Virus record (IMG/VR): IMGVR_UViG_3300042923_000281
Coordinates: 124,001-188,000 of that record
Reading direction: 5' to 3' (one strand)
DNA: 64,000 nucleotides
Under the pieces are notes generated by a model that worked only from the letters and a program-made list of their open reading frames with translations, searched no databases and was not told where the DNA came from. How positions within the stretch are numbered: position 1 is the first letter of the stretch; each line of letters begins with the position of its first letter. The translations under genes were made by a program, and so were the position numbers. This document shows, one piece after another, positions 1 through 9,486 of the stretch.

Positions 1-592
1 TCCACGGATGCAGCGCAATCTGCTGACGGATCTCTTCAGCGCGGTGATTGCCGAAGGTGTCCGTGAACAGCAACAGACGACGAGAGGCGTCTTCCATCTC
101 CTCGGTCATGTTGTACGAGTCAGGCACGATGACGTGAGTCTTGCCGACCTTATCGAGATCACGCAACGAAGGAGGTAGGGAGTCGATCAGACAGAGGATC
201 GTCGGATCGTCGTTAGCAGCGTATCGCAGCTTGTCCAACCATTCTTCGGCGGTAGGGAAGGGCGGGTTGTTCTCGATCAGCTTCTCCGCCATATCCACCG
301 CAGCTTCGACTTCGATGCCGCCGGTGGTGTCCAACAGGTGCTCGTCCAGTGGATAGAGCATCATGCCGACCAGTACCTTGTTGTAGCGGACCAGTTGCTT
401 GGAGCCATTCCCGTCAGCGTGCATAAGGACTTCGACGTGGCGACGCTCTGGCAGCGTGCTCAGGTTCTCGCCTTTTTGGATGGTCTCCAACAGCGCCTGC
501 ATGGTGTTGGTTTCAAGTTTGATCGGGTCGCCAAAAGAGGCTTTGGTGTCACCCACCGAAACGGCAGGATAGAACAGGTTCTGTAACGACAT
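1..592 (-). CDS. hypothetical protein (partial, runs off left edge)
   Basis: Hand-translated open frame from ATG at 592 (MSLQNLFYPAVSVGDTKASFGDPIKLE...) with no stop to the window edge; not in the ORF track. Confidence 0.75.
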   Translation of the reverse strand, partial: MSLQNLFYPAVSVGDTKASFGDPIKLETNTMQALLETIQKGENLSTLPERRHVEVLMHADGNGSKQLVRYNKVLVGMMLYPLDEHLLDTTGGIEVEAAVDMAEKLIENNPPFPTAEEWLDKLRYAANDDPTILCLIDSLPPSLRDLDKVGKTHVIVPDSYNMTEEMEDASRRLLLFTDTFGNHRAEEIRQQIALHPW

Positions 593-646
593 GGTGAGAT
601 CTCACTGGTAGACATAGATGTTGAAGGGTTCGTTTCTTTTGACATG

Positions 647-676
647 CGGCATAAACGCCGCCCCGAAGGACGGCGT
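647..676 (-). terminator. GC hairpin (UUCG loop) followed by TTATGCCG
   Basis: Minus strand ACGCCGTCC-TTCG-GGGCGGCGT-TTATGCCG right after the stop of 681..1160. Confidence 0.7.
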
Positions 677-680
677 CGAA

Positions 681-1160
681 TCAGCGATAGGTATCGTAAC
701 TCGGGTGCGTAAACGGCACGCTCTTCCTCGAGAGATCACCCAGCAATTCAGTGCGCTCCTTGCGTTCCAGCAAGTTGATTGCGAAACGAGCAAGTTTCAG
801 CGGGGTGAGATCACCCTGCCGTTCAAAGATGTACCAGTTGTTGAGCTCGACCGCACGGAAGGCTCCTGGCAACGTGTTGTTGATGTACCCTTGCACGAGG
901 GTGGCTTCTCGTTGGGTGACACCTTCAAGTGTGGCATCAAGGATCTGAAGTTCCTTCACGCGGGTAGGACGGTTGCGTGGAGCACCAGTCTTTTCCCACA
1001 GACGTTCCAATGCCTTCTCGTCTTTAACGCAGAGCCCCCGCTCTACATCAAACCTGACGAGCGCCATCCCTTGCTTAGCCGGAACTTCTCCCTTGACTAG
1101 AAACAGCTCATTACCCGGTTGCCCCAAGATCACCGGTACTACATATTTGCCTTTCGACAT
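681..1160 (-). CDS. hypothetical protein
   Basis: 159 aa ORF between a promoter motif and a terminator. Confidence 0.75.
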   Translation of the reverse strand: MSKGKYVVPVILGQPGNELFLVKGEVPAKQGMALVRFDVERGLCVKDEKALERLWEKTGAPRNRPTRVKELQILDATLEGVTQREATLVQGYINNTLPGAFRAVELNNWYIFERQGDLTPLKLARFAINLLERKERTELLGDLSRKSVPFTHPSYDTYR

Positions 1161-1236
1161 GGAGAGTTATCCCTTAAAACTCAGCTCGACTCTTATTCTT
1201 CACGGTTATGTGTTGGCTTTATTGTCATGCTCGTGG

Positions 1237-1244
1237 ATAATGTA
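1237..1244 (-). promoter_or_regulatory. putative phage early promoter TACATTAT
   Basis: Recurrent intergenic motif resembling the phiKZ early consensus TATATTAC. Confidence 0.55.
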
Positions 1245-1290
1245 GGGTCATTTAATGATGGAGTGGAATACCCCAATCATACAATGATGC

Positions 1291-1316
1291 GAAATAAAGG
1301 GAGGGCCGAAGCCCTC
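1291..1316 (-). terminator. intrinsic terminator
   Basis: GAGGGC-TTCG-GCCCTC followed by CCTTTATTT. Confidence 0.75.
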
Positions 1317-1319
1317 ACC

Positions 1320-2486
1320 TTATAGAACGCCTGGACCACCGAGCACAAGCAGCGAGCCTTCAAAGTCCAAGTAGTAGGACCAGTAGGGTGCAACCGTGTT
1401 CTTGTAGAGACGCCCTGGGGTCATCACATCAGGGTTGGTGAACTTCCCTGCATTGACCCACGAGCTTGTGGTAGCGTTCCAACGCCACACCGTTTTATCA
1501 CGGCTGTCGATGATGTCACGCTTGGCCACCGGCACTTGCAGGTTCTTCCACGTAGCTGCTGGTTGAGACACAGCAATGTAACCAATCTGGCACGGAGACT
1601 GGAACATGACCGGGATGTCAACCGTGGCGAAGATAGGGTTCGGCCATGGAGTACCGTCTGCCTGTGTGGCAGTGATTTCCAATTGGTTAGTCTTCTTGCG
1701 AACGACCTTGACCTTGATGCCCGCTTGCAGAGGCCCAGCCGCTGCCCACGTTTGACGAGGAATACCCAACTCCTGAGACCACAACGGAACAGCGCCGTTA
1801 GCAGCGCCTTGGTTATAGTTCACACCGCACCAAATGACTGGTGTTTTGGTTTCGTCGTAGTTGCCCGCTGGGAGCATACCGCCGCCGCTGACCAAGACTG
1901 TCAAGGTGTACTCTCGACCATTGGCTCGCTTGAATGCCGCGCACATGCCGATGGTGTCGTCATCACCACCCGTTGACTTCATGATGGTTTCGAAGGTGTA
2001 TTCTTCGAAACGATCCAAGCCAATCAACCCGATCAGACTGCCTGAGTTGACAGTAGACGACGCACTGTCTGTGGCGCTGTCGTACGCCCAACTGTTCATC
2101 TCAGAGACGTTGTTAGGGAACTGCAAGTTGTTACCGTGACTGATCCGTTGCCACGTGTTGTACACGTCAGCGAATGAAACGGTTTCAGCCTTGAGTGCGT
2201 TGATCGCATCGTCGTTGTCGGCCATGCGGAACTTCAGAAGCACCTCGCCACTGACGAACGACATCGGAGTCCCTTCCTCTTTAAAGAAAGGAAGTTCACC
2301 ACGACGACCATTGACCGTGCCAAGACTCTCTTGAACCACAGCCGATTTAACTTCAGCTAATGTCTTGCCGCCAAGTTTGGCTGAGTCCGTAGCCTGGGCA
2401 GTGGCGTCAAGCTTACTGGAAATCTTTGTACGAATTGCTTTAAGGATGCCATCAAATTTGACAGCCAACTGCGATGGGGTAGCCAT
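1320..2486 (-). CDS. virion/tail-fibre-associated protein with beta-sandwich (lectin-like) C-terminal domain
   Basis: N-terminus (..ISSKLDATAQATDSAKLGG) resembles the N-terminus of fibre 25311..26225; W/G/T-rich beta domain with a GGDDDTIG motif; start chosen at MATPSQL. Confidence 0.6.
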   Translation of the reverse strand: MATPSQLAVKFDGILKAIRTKISSKLDATAQATDSAKLGGKTLAEVKSAVVQESLGTVNGRRGELPFFKEEGTPMSFVSGEVLLKFRMADNDDAINALKAETVSFADVYNTWQRISHGNNLQFPNNVSEMNSWAYDSATDSASSTVNSGSLIGLIGLDRFEEYTFETIMKSTGGDDDTIGMCAAFKRANGREYTLTVLVSGGGMLPAGNYDETKTPVIWCGVNYNQGAANGAVPLWSQELGIPRQTWAAAGPLQAGIKVKVVRKKTNQLEITATQADGTPWPNPIFATVDIPVMFQSPCQIGYIAVSQPAATWKNLQVPVAKRDIIDSRDKTVWRWNATTSSWVNAGKFTNPDVMTPGRLYKNTVAPYWSYYLDFEGSLLVLGGPGVL

Positions 2487-2524
2487 TTGTCTGTCCCTGT
2501 TGAAAGACGGAAATACATACAATT

Positions 2525-2557
2525 ACAAAAAATAAAAAAGGAGGGCCGAAGCCCTCC
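2525..2557 (-). terminator. intrinsic terminator
   Basis: GGAGGGC-TTCG-GCCCTCC plus a long T tract. Confidence 0.85.
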
Positions 2558-2562
2558 CGTTA

Positions 2563-2916
2563 TTATCTTGCACCGCTCCCCACCCTTTCAAGGCAGTTAC
2601 GTTCAATCACTTCTTCATACGGCGTGTTGGGATTGAAGTCGCTTTCGAAGTATTCGTACGCCATGTCCAGCGTGTACGGCAGGATGTCCAGATAGATCAC
2701 CCGCTCCATGCCAGACAACTTGGTGTACCCCTCAACCCGCTCACGCAAGTACTGAGGGTAATCGAGACCCGCAGTCTTGGCAGTGATCGCCATGTAAGCG
2801 TGTTGCTTCAACAGAGCGCAATGAGCTGCGGTCATGACGAATTGAGGTTTCTCTTTCTCTTCTTCAGCAGAGACGGAGAAGATGCACAACGACAACAATA
2901 CCAGTAGCCATTTCAT
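2563..2916 (-). CDS. secreted hypothetical protein
   Basis: Sec signal MKWLLVLLSLCIFSVSA; two Cys in the mature part. Confidence 0.75.
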   Translation of the reverse strand: MKWLLVLLSLCIFSVSAEEEKEKPQFVMTAAHCALLKQHAYMAITAKTAGLDYPQYLRERVEGYTKLSGMERVIYLDILPYTLDMAYEYFESDFNPNTPYEEVIERNCLERVGSGAR

Positions 2917-2923
2917 GATTGAG

Positions 2924-3442
2924 TTACCCTGGGTGTTTCTCGTAGGTGTTGAAGACCAGTCGGTTATCGACGTAAGAGGTCTCTACACACTTGTAACCAT
3001 TCCAGACAGGATCTTCATCCTCTGGTTTGAGTACACGTGCCAACTGGCCTTTGAGAGGATGGTTGAGGACCATGGTCCGATAGATGGTGTCAGCTTTGCC
3101 GATCAGGTCGTTGATGATACCCGCTCCTCCGATGACAAAGATCTCTGTCATGTCGAGTTTACGGCATTCGTCGAGGACCAGCTCGATGCTGTTCAGAAAC
3201 TGTACGCTGTCCATACGGCCCAAACGCGGAAGACCTTTCCGGCGAGTCAGCACATAATGGAATCGACCCGGCAGCAGTCTTGGGAGGCTGTCGAAGGTGT
3301 CCATGCCCATGAGTAGCGGCTTGCCCTTCGTCAACTCCTTAAACCGTGCCAGGTCTTCGGGATGATGCCATGGAAGTGGATGGGGGCCGGCAAAGCCGAT
3401 CGCCCCATCTTCGTTCTGGGCATAGATCAGATTGATCTTCAT
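2924..3442 (-). CDS. folA: dihydrofolate reductase
   Basis: IG..LPWHHPEDLARFKELT.GK.LLMG..TFDSL...LPGR...VLTR and FVIGGA motifs. Confidence 0.95.
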   Translation of the reverse strand: MKINLIYAQNEDGAIGFAGPHPLPWHHPEDLARFKELTKGKPLLMGMDTFDSLPRLLPGRFHYVLTRRKGLPRLGRMDSVQFLNSIELVLDECRKLDMTEIFVIGGAGIINDLIGKADTIYRTMVLNHPLKGQLARVLKPEDEDPVWNGYKCVETSYVDNRLVFNTYEKHPG

Positions 3443-3457
3443 GCCTAACGGTGCTCC

Positions 3458-4066
3458 TTAAACGGTGGTTTCAACACCATCAGCAACGACCTTGACGTCA
3501 GCCGTCTTGACGTTGGCCTTCTCTTCAGCTTCCTTGCGCTCACGCAGAATGCGGATCAACTTCGAGGCATCGGGTTCGATGTAGAAGTTCAGAGAGGATT
3601 CGAAGATGGCGAACTCGTCGTCAGACTTGAACACCACGATCACTTCCAGGCCAATGCCTTTACCGGCTGCTTGCCACTGACGCACGAATGCATGAGTACG
3701 CTCGAACTTCTCGTACTCACCCAGCACTGCTTGCGCGACGTCGTTGGATTCCTTGAGGAACATGTCGGCGTCGATGTTGGCAGCACGCAGGATGGCAGTC
3801 AACTGCACTTGCGCTTTGCCCGGCAGTGAAGTCCACGGCGATTGCTGCGGTGCTGTCAGACCGGCCAGGTACTGAGCCACGATTTCGGAGTCAGCACCCA
3901 AGGCCGACAGGTCACCGCGGTACAGCACTTTGCTCAGCAAGTTGTCGCGCTTGTAGTGCACGCGGACGTTCTGGTTGCCATGGCCTTCTTTACCGGCGAG
4001 GGTCAGTTGGACGTCGTCGGTGGCCAGTGGTTTCAGGGCGGCTACGATGGAGTTGAAGATGCTCAT
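3458..4066 (-). CDS. hypothetical protein
   Basis: 202 aa ORF with phage-like codon usage; ATGA overlap with upstream gene. Confidence 0.8.
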   Translation of the reverse strand: MSIFNSIVAALKPLATDDVQLTLAGKEGHGNQNVRVHYKRDNLLSKVLYRGDLSALGADSEIVAQYLAGLTAPQQSPWTSLPGKAQVQLTAILRAANIDADMFLKESNDVAQAVLGEYEKFERTHAFVRQWQAAGKGIGLEVIVVFKSDDEFAIFESSLNFYIEPDASKLIRILRERKEAEEKANVKTADVKVVADGVETTV

Positions 4067-4521
4067 TGGTTGGTCTTCTTCGGCAGGATGTTGTTGACGT
4101 TGATGTGGTCACCGTATTCACGCAACTGCGTGTAAATGTAACCGACGGCTTTGTGGTCATCGTCGAGGACCAGGAGCATCAGGCCTTGTTCTTCTTCCGG
4201 CGTGAGTTCCTGGATGACGTGGACTTCGTGGTTGTCGAAGTGACCGATCAGGGATTCGACCTGATCAGTACGCTTGAAGTGATCCGGGTTGGTGATGGCG
4301 CCTTCAGGCAGGTCGTACAAGTACTGACCGATGCCCGCAGTCACACCCAGAGCATAGCGGAAATGCTCCGAGCGTGCAGCGGCCAGCAACACCATCGAGC
4401 GGACCGTGTCGACCACCATGGACTGGATACCCCAGCCCAATGCGTTGTTGTGGTCCGGGGCTTTAGCAACAGCCTCGGTCACAGTGAGTGGATGGTCGAA
4501 CATGATCATTTCATTGCTCAT
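4063..4521 (-). CDS. hypothetical protein
   Basis: Start re-chosen at MSNEMIMF with a GGAG RBS, overlapping the ligase end. Confidence 0.75.
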   Translation of the reverse strand: MSNEMIMFDHPLTVTEAVAKAPDHNNALGWGIQSMVVDTVRSMVLLAAARSEHFRYALGVTAGIGQYLYDLPEGAITNPDHFKRTDQVESLIGHFDNHEVHVIQELTPEEEQGLMLLVLDDDHKAVGYIYTQLREYGDHINVNNILPKKTNQ

Positions 4522-6550
4522 TGGTATCTCCAGTTGCGGTAGAAGTAAGTCCGTTGTCGGTGGACATAATGGTGGTGAGAGAGTTGGGGTTGGTGAACTT
4601 GATCCCATCTTCGATGAAACGCAGTTCCCTGGCCTTCCTGACTTTATCAGGACCGGCACCTACACCAGCAAAGAGGATGTCGGTGTTCTTGCTGACAGAT
4701 TTCGTCAACTTGCCACCTCGTGAAATCACGTCATCTTCCATGGCCCGGCGAGTTAGACCGTCAAAGTCCGATCCACTGACGACCACCGTCTTGCCAGCCA
4801 GGTCTTGAACCTCAGCTTTCGGGATCACAACGTCGGTGTACGTGAAGACGGTGTCCAGTGCATGCAGGTCAGCATCGTTAGCCACGTAGGTCAACATGAT
4901 ACTGGTGGCTACCGCAGGGCCCACGTCGTCCACTTCCTGCAACGTCTTGAAGCTGGCCTTACCCAGTTCACGGAACGAAGGGAATCGTGCTGCCAGAGCC
5001 CGTGCAGTGCTGTCACCGACATCTGGGATGCCCACAGCGCGCAGTGCTTTGTAGAACGGCAGCTTCTTGCAACGGTTCAGGCCGGCAATGATCTTATCAG
5101 TCATCGCTTCGCCAATACCCGCCGCGTAGAAATCCTGCTCACCCAGATAGAACAGCGAACTGAACGACCCCAACGACCCCACAGCAATCAAAGACTCAAC
5201 CGCAGCAGGTCCCAAGTTCTTGACATCGATGCCATCACGGCTCACGAAGTAGGCCATGCGGTTAATCAGCTGGGCTGGGCAGTTGATCAGGTTGGTGCAG
5301 AACAGCTTCACCCCCTCATCATCGCCTTCACCGCGCTTGGTCACCTTGGCACCGCAGCACGGACACTCAACCGGCGTGTGGATCAGCCCATGGTCATCGA
5401 CCCGAAGCGCCAGAATGACACTTTCGATCTTCGGAATCACGTCACCACGACGAGAGACCACCACGGTATCGCCAATGCGCAGGTCAAGACGCTCGATTTC
5501 CTCGAAGTTGTGCAACGTGACACTCGAGATGGTCACACCACACAGGCTCACAGGACGAATCTTCGCTACTGGCGTCAACACACCCGTCCGACCCACTTGC
5601 ACTTCCACACTTTCCAGCACGGTTGTGGCTGTTTGAGCCTCGAACTTGTACGCCACTGCCCAACGAGGGGAAGTAGAACGCTGTCCAAGGGTCGCTCGTT
5701 CGGCAGGATGGATCAGTTTCAGCACCAGACCGTCAATGTCATACCCCAATTCCTTACGGCGCTTGGTAATGTCATTGATTGCTTCGACAATCTTGTCTAA
5801 CTGCCCAGTCAAACCTTTCCAAACAGGCTCGGAGATGTAGAACTTGTCCTGAACCTCCGGTGCAAGGTACGACATCGGGATGGACAGCGGTCCTGCGTCG
5901 GTATGAAGCACCGCGTCATAAGCAATAAAGCGAATGCCCATGCCCTGAAGGCCTTCACCTTCCTTTTTACGAGCCAGTCCAGCGACCATGTTGCGTGGGT
6001 TGGCGTAAATCTTCTTGCCTTGAGCCACTCGCATCTGACACGCTCGGTGAAAGTGGTCGTGCGGGATGATTGCTTCACCCCGAATCTCCACTTTACCCTT
6101 GAAGTTCTCCAGTTGCTCAGGAATGCCTTCAAAGTGAATCGCGTTGTCTGTGATGTCATCGCCAATATCGCCGTCGCCACGAGTCGCAGCGTACTTCAAC
6201 TTGGATTTGTCATACAACAGATCGATGGCCAGCCCGTCCAGCTTCTTTTCCAGCTGAGCATGAGCCGAATAACCCAACGCAGTGACCCAATCGGTCAGCT
6301 CTTCCTCATTGTAGACGTTACCGAGGCTGAGCATGGGCGTCAGGTGCTTGACTTTCTCAAAGCCGCCATTAGAGACGGCCCCGACTTGGTTCAACGGCGA
6401 GAGGGGATCGTCAGTTTCCCCTTCCAGCTCCCGCAACTCTGCTTTGAGGGAGGTGTACACGTCGTCTTCGACGTCTGACTCCCCCTCGTTGTAGTAGAGG
6501 TGGTTCAGACGACTGATCTCTGCTCGCAGAGCTTCGATGCGGTTGTCCAT
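4511..6550 (-). CDS. ligA: NAD-dependent DNA ligase
   Basis: KLDG adenylation motif, EIRGE, PRWAVAYKF, VGRTG, CPCC..C..C Zn finger, HhH repeats, C-terminal BRCT. Confidence 0.97.
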   Translation of the reverse strand: MDNRIEALRAEISRLNHLYYNEGESDVEDDVYTSLKAELRELEGETDDPLSPLNQVGAVSNGGFEKVKHLTPMLSLGNVYNEEELTDWVTALGYSAHAQLEKKLDGLAIDLLYDKSKLKYAATRGDGDIGDDITDNAIHFEGIPEQLENFKGKVEIRGEAIIPHDHFHRACQMRVAQGKKIYANPRNMVAGLARKKEGEGLQGMGIRFIAYDAVLHTDAGPLSIPMSYLAPEVQDKFYISEPVWKGLTGQLDKIVEAINDITKRRKELGYDIDGLVLKLIHPAERATLGQRSTSPRWAVAYKFEAQTATTVLESVEVQVGRTGVLTPVAKIRPVSLCGVTISSVTLHNFEEIERLDLRIGDTVVVSRRGDVIPKIESVILALRVDDHGLIHTPVECPCCGAKVTKRGEGDDEGVKLFCTNLINCPAQLINRMAYFVSRDGIDVKNLGPAAVESLIAVGSLGSFSSLFYLGEQDFYAAGIGEAMTDKIIAGLNRCKKLPFYKALRAVGIPDVGDSTARALAARFPSFRELGKASFKTLQEVDDVGPAVATSIMLTYVANDADLHALDTVFTYTDVVIPKAEVQDLAGKTVVVSGSDFDGLTRRAMEDDVISRGGKLTKSVSKNTDILFAGVGAGPDKVRKARELRFIEDGIKFTNPNSLTTIMSTDNGLTSTATGDTNEQ

Positions 6551-6560
6551 GATGCGACTC

Positions 6561-7019
6561 CTAACTCACTTTCAGGTTTACCATCAGGCGATCGAGTCGG
6601 ATAGCTCGACGCCCTTGGGTAGGATCGCCTCGAACAATGTCGACACTTTGAATAATGGGGTAGGGTGAGGTCAATTGACTGTTATCCAGTCGGTCTCCGC
6701 CATTCCAGAGGACCTTCCCATGTAATACCCACTTTTCATTTTCTTTCACCAGCGCCGATACCTCGAACAGACCGATCTGGCGAGGCTTGAGCTTGCGGTA
6801 GAACTCACCGATGGGTTCATCACCCCAGTCGCGCTTCGGCCAGTTCATGTAGATCGGCATAAAGTCAACCGGCACCAACTCACCAGCGCTTTCGTCGCAG
6901 ATCCCCATGCCATCTGGGAGGCCGATGCTGACGTTACGGTTGTGAGCAGGAGCATTTGCGAATACATCGGCTGCATCGAAGATCGTGATCTCCCTGAACA
7001 GCTGTATTTGTCCCGTCAT
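6561..7019 (-). CDS. hypothetical protein
   Basis: 152 aa ORF in operon. Confidence 0.75.
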   Translation of the reverse strand: MTGQIQLFREITIFDAADVFANAPAHNRNVSIGLPDGMGICDESAGELVPVDFMPIYMNWPKRDWGDEPIGEFYRKLKPRQIGLFEVSALVKENEKWVLHGKVLWNGGDRLDNSQLTSPYPIIQSVDIVRGDPTQGRRAIRLDRLMVNLKVS

Positions 7020-7366
7020 TTGATGTCTCTAGGGTTGAGGCACAAGTAGTCCGTCTCGCAAGTCTCCTTGATCTCTTTCAGGAGCGCCGTACGGGCCTTC
7101 TTAGCTTTAAGAGGGTACTCGAACAACCGGATCTCAGCATCCTTGGAGTAAAGCCCGTTAAGGAGCTTACAGGGATGCTTACCGATGGCGAGTAGGGAAA
7201 GTTGTTTGTCTACTTCAGATGAAACGGTCTCGCTTTGGCCCAGATAGAAACGCCCAGTCGCTACATGCTCTAACATGTAGCAACCTTGGTTAGTGGTATC
7301 GCTTCGTTTACTGCGGCCCGAGGAGGAGTGTAGCCATTTGACAACATTCACCAGGGCGTCAGTCAT
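7016..7366 (-). CDS. GIY-YIG-like protein (degenerate)
   Basis: GCYMLEHVATGRFYLGQS...GKH motif; usual catalytic Arg not apparent. Confidence 0.6.
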   Translation of the reverse strand: MTDALVNVVKWLHSSSGRSKRSDTTNQGCYMLEHVATGRFYLGQSETVSSEVDKQLSLLAIGKHPCKLLNGLYSKDAEIRLFEYPLKAKKARTALLKEIKETCETDYLCLNPRDIK

Positions 7367-7367
7367 T

Positions 7368-7736
7368 TCAGGTCTCGGTTTTCATGAGGACGAAGGTCAG
7401 TCGAGCTTGACCTTCCAAGGATTCGGTAATGAAGTCCACACTGCCATCAGGCTGAGTGAAATTTTCACAACCAACTGCCGTACGATAGGCGCCGTCCATG
7501 CTGAAGAATGTACGGAGGAAGCTCATCGCCACGTGATAGCAGTCAAAATCAGGACCAGGACCCATCCAGCCTACATGAGAGCGGAACAGTTTGGCCTCGT
7601 TGACATCGGTGGTGTATTCTACCATCGGTTTGTTGTCTTTACTGTCACCGAAGGTCTTCAGATACTTCTTCTCTTCGCCTTTGGCTTGGAAGCACACGCG
7701 GGAGTTGTAGCAAGCAGGCAGATTGTTCTGTGTCAT
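7368..7736 (-). CDS. hypothetical protein
   Basis: 122 aa ORF with AGGAG RBS. Confidence 0.75.
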   Translation of the reverse strand: MTQNNLPACYNSRVCFQAKGEEKKYLKTFGDSKDNKPMVEYTTDVNEAKLFRSHVGWMGPGPDFDCYHVAMSFLRTFFSMDGAYRTAVGCENFTQPDGSVDFITESLEGQARLTFVLMKTET

Positions 7737-7746
7737 GGTGATACTC

Positions 7747-7956
7747 CTAAGCCCACTTATCGGTGACGGCTTTCAACTTGGCGCCCTTCATCACTTCCTT
7801 GTAAGTGTCGATCTGCTTCAACTGATCGAACCCCTTGCGACACTCTTGGAGTGCCAGTACTTCGTCCCTGGACAGAACTTCCCCATTATTGACGCGCGCC
7901 AGCAGATTGGCTAAGCCGTGCTGGATGTTAGCGATGTTTGCGTCGATGTCTGCCAT
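7747..7956 (-). CDS. small coiled-coil hypothetical protein
   Basis: 69 aa ORF in operon. Confidence 0.7.
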   Translation of the reverse strand: MADIDANIANIQHGLANLLARVNNGEVLSRDEVLALQECRKGFDQLKQIDTYKEVMKGAKLKAVTDKWA

Positions 7957-8027
7957 GATAATCTCGATGATGGTGTACAGGTAGTTGTGCGGGAGACACC
8001 TTGTCTCCCTGTTCTTGGTGTATTTGC

Positions 8028-8744
8028 TTAGCGGCAGAACTGGTCGTAACCTACCACTGGGGCTTTCTTCTTGGTGGCAAAGACGTACTGGTCTGCTTGA
8101 GGCAAGATCATGACGCCACGTTCACCCATGTCGGCGAACTTGTTCCACCAGCTACCATCTTTGTTGATGCCCACCACGGTGATCGGATCACCCTTGATGT
8201 CGATGATGGTCTTCTGCTCGATGTCCTTGTCCAGACGGAAGTGAACCCCGAACAGTGAACGCTCCAGATAGGAGAACTCACGCTTGCCAGTGATCTCAAC
8301 ACCCAGCTTCTCGTCAACGAAAGAGCAGGTGCGGAAGTCCACCATACGTTTACCCGGCTTGGTAAATTCGTAATAGCCGTAACCCGCAGCCCCCGCCACG
8401 AGTAGTACGACTGCGGTGATGATCAGGATGTAAGTCCGGACCACAGCGCGCTTTACCTTCTGCCCACGGGTGAGCACTTTCTCACGGGCCTTGGCCCCTG
8501 GATCAATGCCTTGAGAACGCAGTACCAGATAATCCTGGAGCTTCATATCGCCCTCAGGATGGTGCACGACACTCTCGCCTTGATCATCGCTGGTAACGCG
8601 AAGACGTTCTTCCCCCTTCCCTTGCTCGTTAACCACCAGTACTTTCTCGGTGGGGTTGTGATGAGCAATCTTTTCTGCTGCCGTCGGGCTGGCTGCTTCT
8701 GGAAGTTCTTCACCTGCTACGGTATCGTGGAGTGTGTTACGCAT
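8028..8744 (-). CDS. single-pass membrane protein
   Basis: TM segment YILIITAVVLLVAGAAGYGYY; downstream of a promoter motif. Confidence 0.8.
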   Translation of the reverse strand: MRNTLHDTVAGEELPEAASPTAAEKIAHHNPTEKVLVVNEQGKGEERLRVTSDDQGESVVHHPEGDMKLQDYLVLRSQGIDPGAKAREKVLTRGQKVKRAVVRTYILIITAVVLLVAGAAGYGYYEFTKPGKRMVDFRTCSFVDEKLGVEITGKREFSYLERSLFGVHFRLDKDIEQKTIIDIKGDPITVVGINKDGSWWNKFADMGERGVMILPQADQYVFATKKKAPVVGYDQFCR

Positions 8745-8788
8745 TACAGATTCCCCTTACTTTCGGTTATGGTTGTAGTTCCACGATT

Positions 8789-8796
8789 ATAATGTA
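8789..8796 (-). promoter_or_regulatory. putative early promoter TACATTAT
   Basis: Recurrent motif with AT-rich upstream sequence. Confidence 0.6.
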
Positions 8797-8829
8797 TTGC
8801 CTTATAATTTTTAATTACAATCGGTGAAA

Positions 8830-8856
8830 CGGCATAAAGGCGGGACTAGCCCGCCT
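8830..8856 (-). terminator. hairpin plus TTATGCCG
   Basis: AGGCGGG-CTAGT-CCCGCCT-TTATGCCG. Confidence 0.7.
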
Positions 8857-8860
8857 ATGC

Positions 8861-9271
8861 TCAACGACGATAGCCAAGATCGGCGTGTGGATCATCTTTC
8901 TCTGCCAAGCCTTCAAACGCATTGCTGAAGCCTACTGGCATGGAGGACTTCAATACCCGGACCACGTCGTGACTGGGCTTAGGGCGTGACATCAGCTTCT
9001 TCATCCAGTCCACATTGAAACCGATGAATTCACGTTTGCCTTTGACAGACAACACACCACGACGGACATTGAACCGGTTGGCGTAGCTCTTCATGTTTTC
9101 AACAGGACCGTTCAGAATGGCGATGAAGACCTCGTTCTCCAAGTCCGGCATGAGCAGGTGAGGGAGGGCTTCGATCAGGTGAGTCTCGGTGATCCCTAAG
9201 CCAGCAGCAATCGTTAACGCCTCGTCCTCAGAGTCGGCAATGATGATACTGATACCGTTTTCATTACGCAT
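8861..9271 (-). CDS. hypothetical protein
   Basis: Start at MRNENGISII with AGGAG RBS. Confidence 0.75.
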   Translation of the reverse strand: MRNENGISIIIADSEDEALTIAAGLGITETHLIEALPHLLMPDLENEVFIAILNGPVENMKSYANRFNVRRGVLSVKGKREFIGFNVDWMKKLMSRPKPSHDVVRVLKSSMPVGFSNAFEGLAEKDDPHADLGYRR

Positions 9272-9297
9272 TTGGATGTCTCCTGAGAAATGTCTAT

Positions 9298-9337
9298 CGG
9301 CATAAATGGGCAGCATGAGTTTGAGCCCATGCTGCCC
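9298..9337 (-). terminator. hairpin plus TTTATGCCG
   Basis: GGGCAGCATGGG..CTCATGCTGCCC-ATTTATGCCG. Confidence 0.7.
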
Positions 9338-9482
9338 GGTACAGGCGCCGTTGAAACGTATGCTACTGGCTCCCGCCGTTGCTAAACCGTTTCGGGTTAA
9401 GCGTGTGCTGGATCACCCCCTCACTAGACAGTATCTACTGCCTGTACATACAATAGGATCACCTCGATTAGTTTTTAGCTAC
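9300..9482 (-). ncRNA. candidate small structured RNA with 16S rRNA 3'-end-complementary tracts
   Basis: Lies between the TACATTAC motif (9487-9494) and a terminator; only very short minus-strand ORFs seen; closing stem GTACAGGC/GCCTGTAC; tracts TGAGGGGGTGATCCAGC and GAGGTGATCC. Confidence 0.45.
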
Positions 9483-9486
9483 GAGG

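Noticed and set aside
9407-9423. Captured 16S rRNA gene fragment
   Set aside because: Similarity stops after 17 nt and the h45 sequence is absent; treated as a complementary tract, not an rRNA gene
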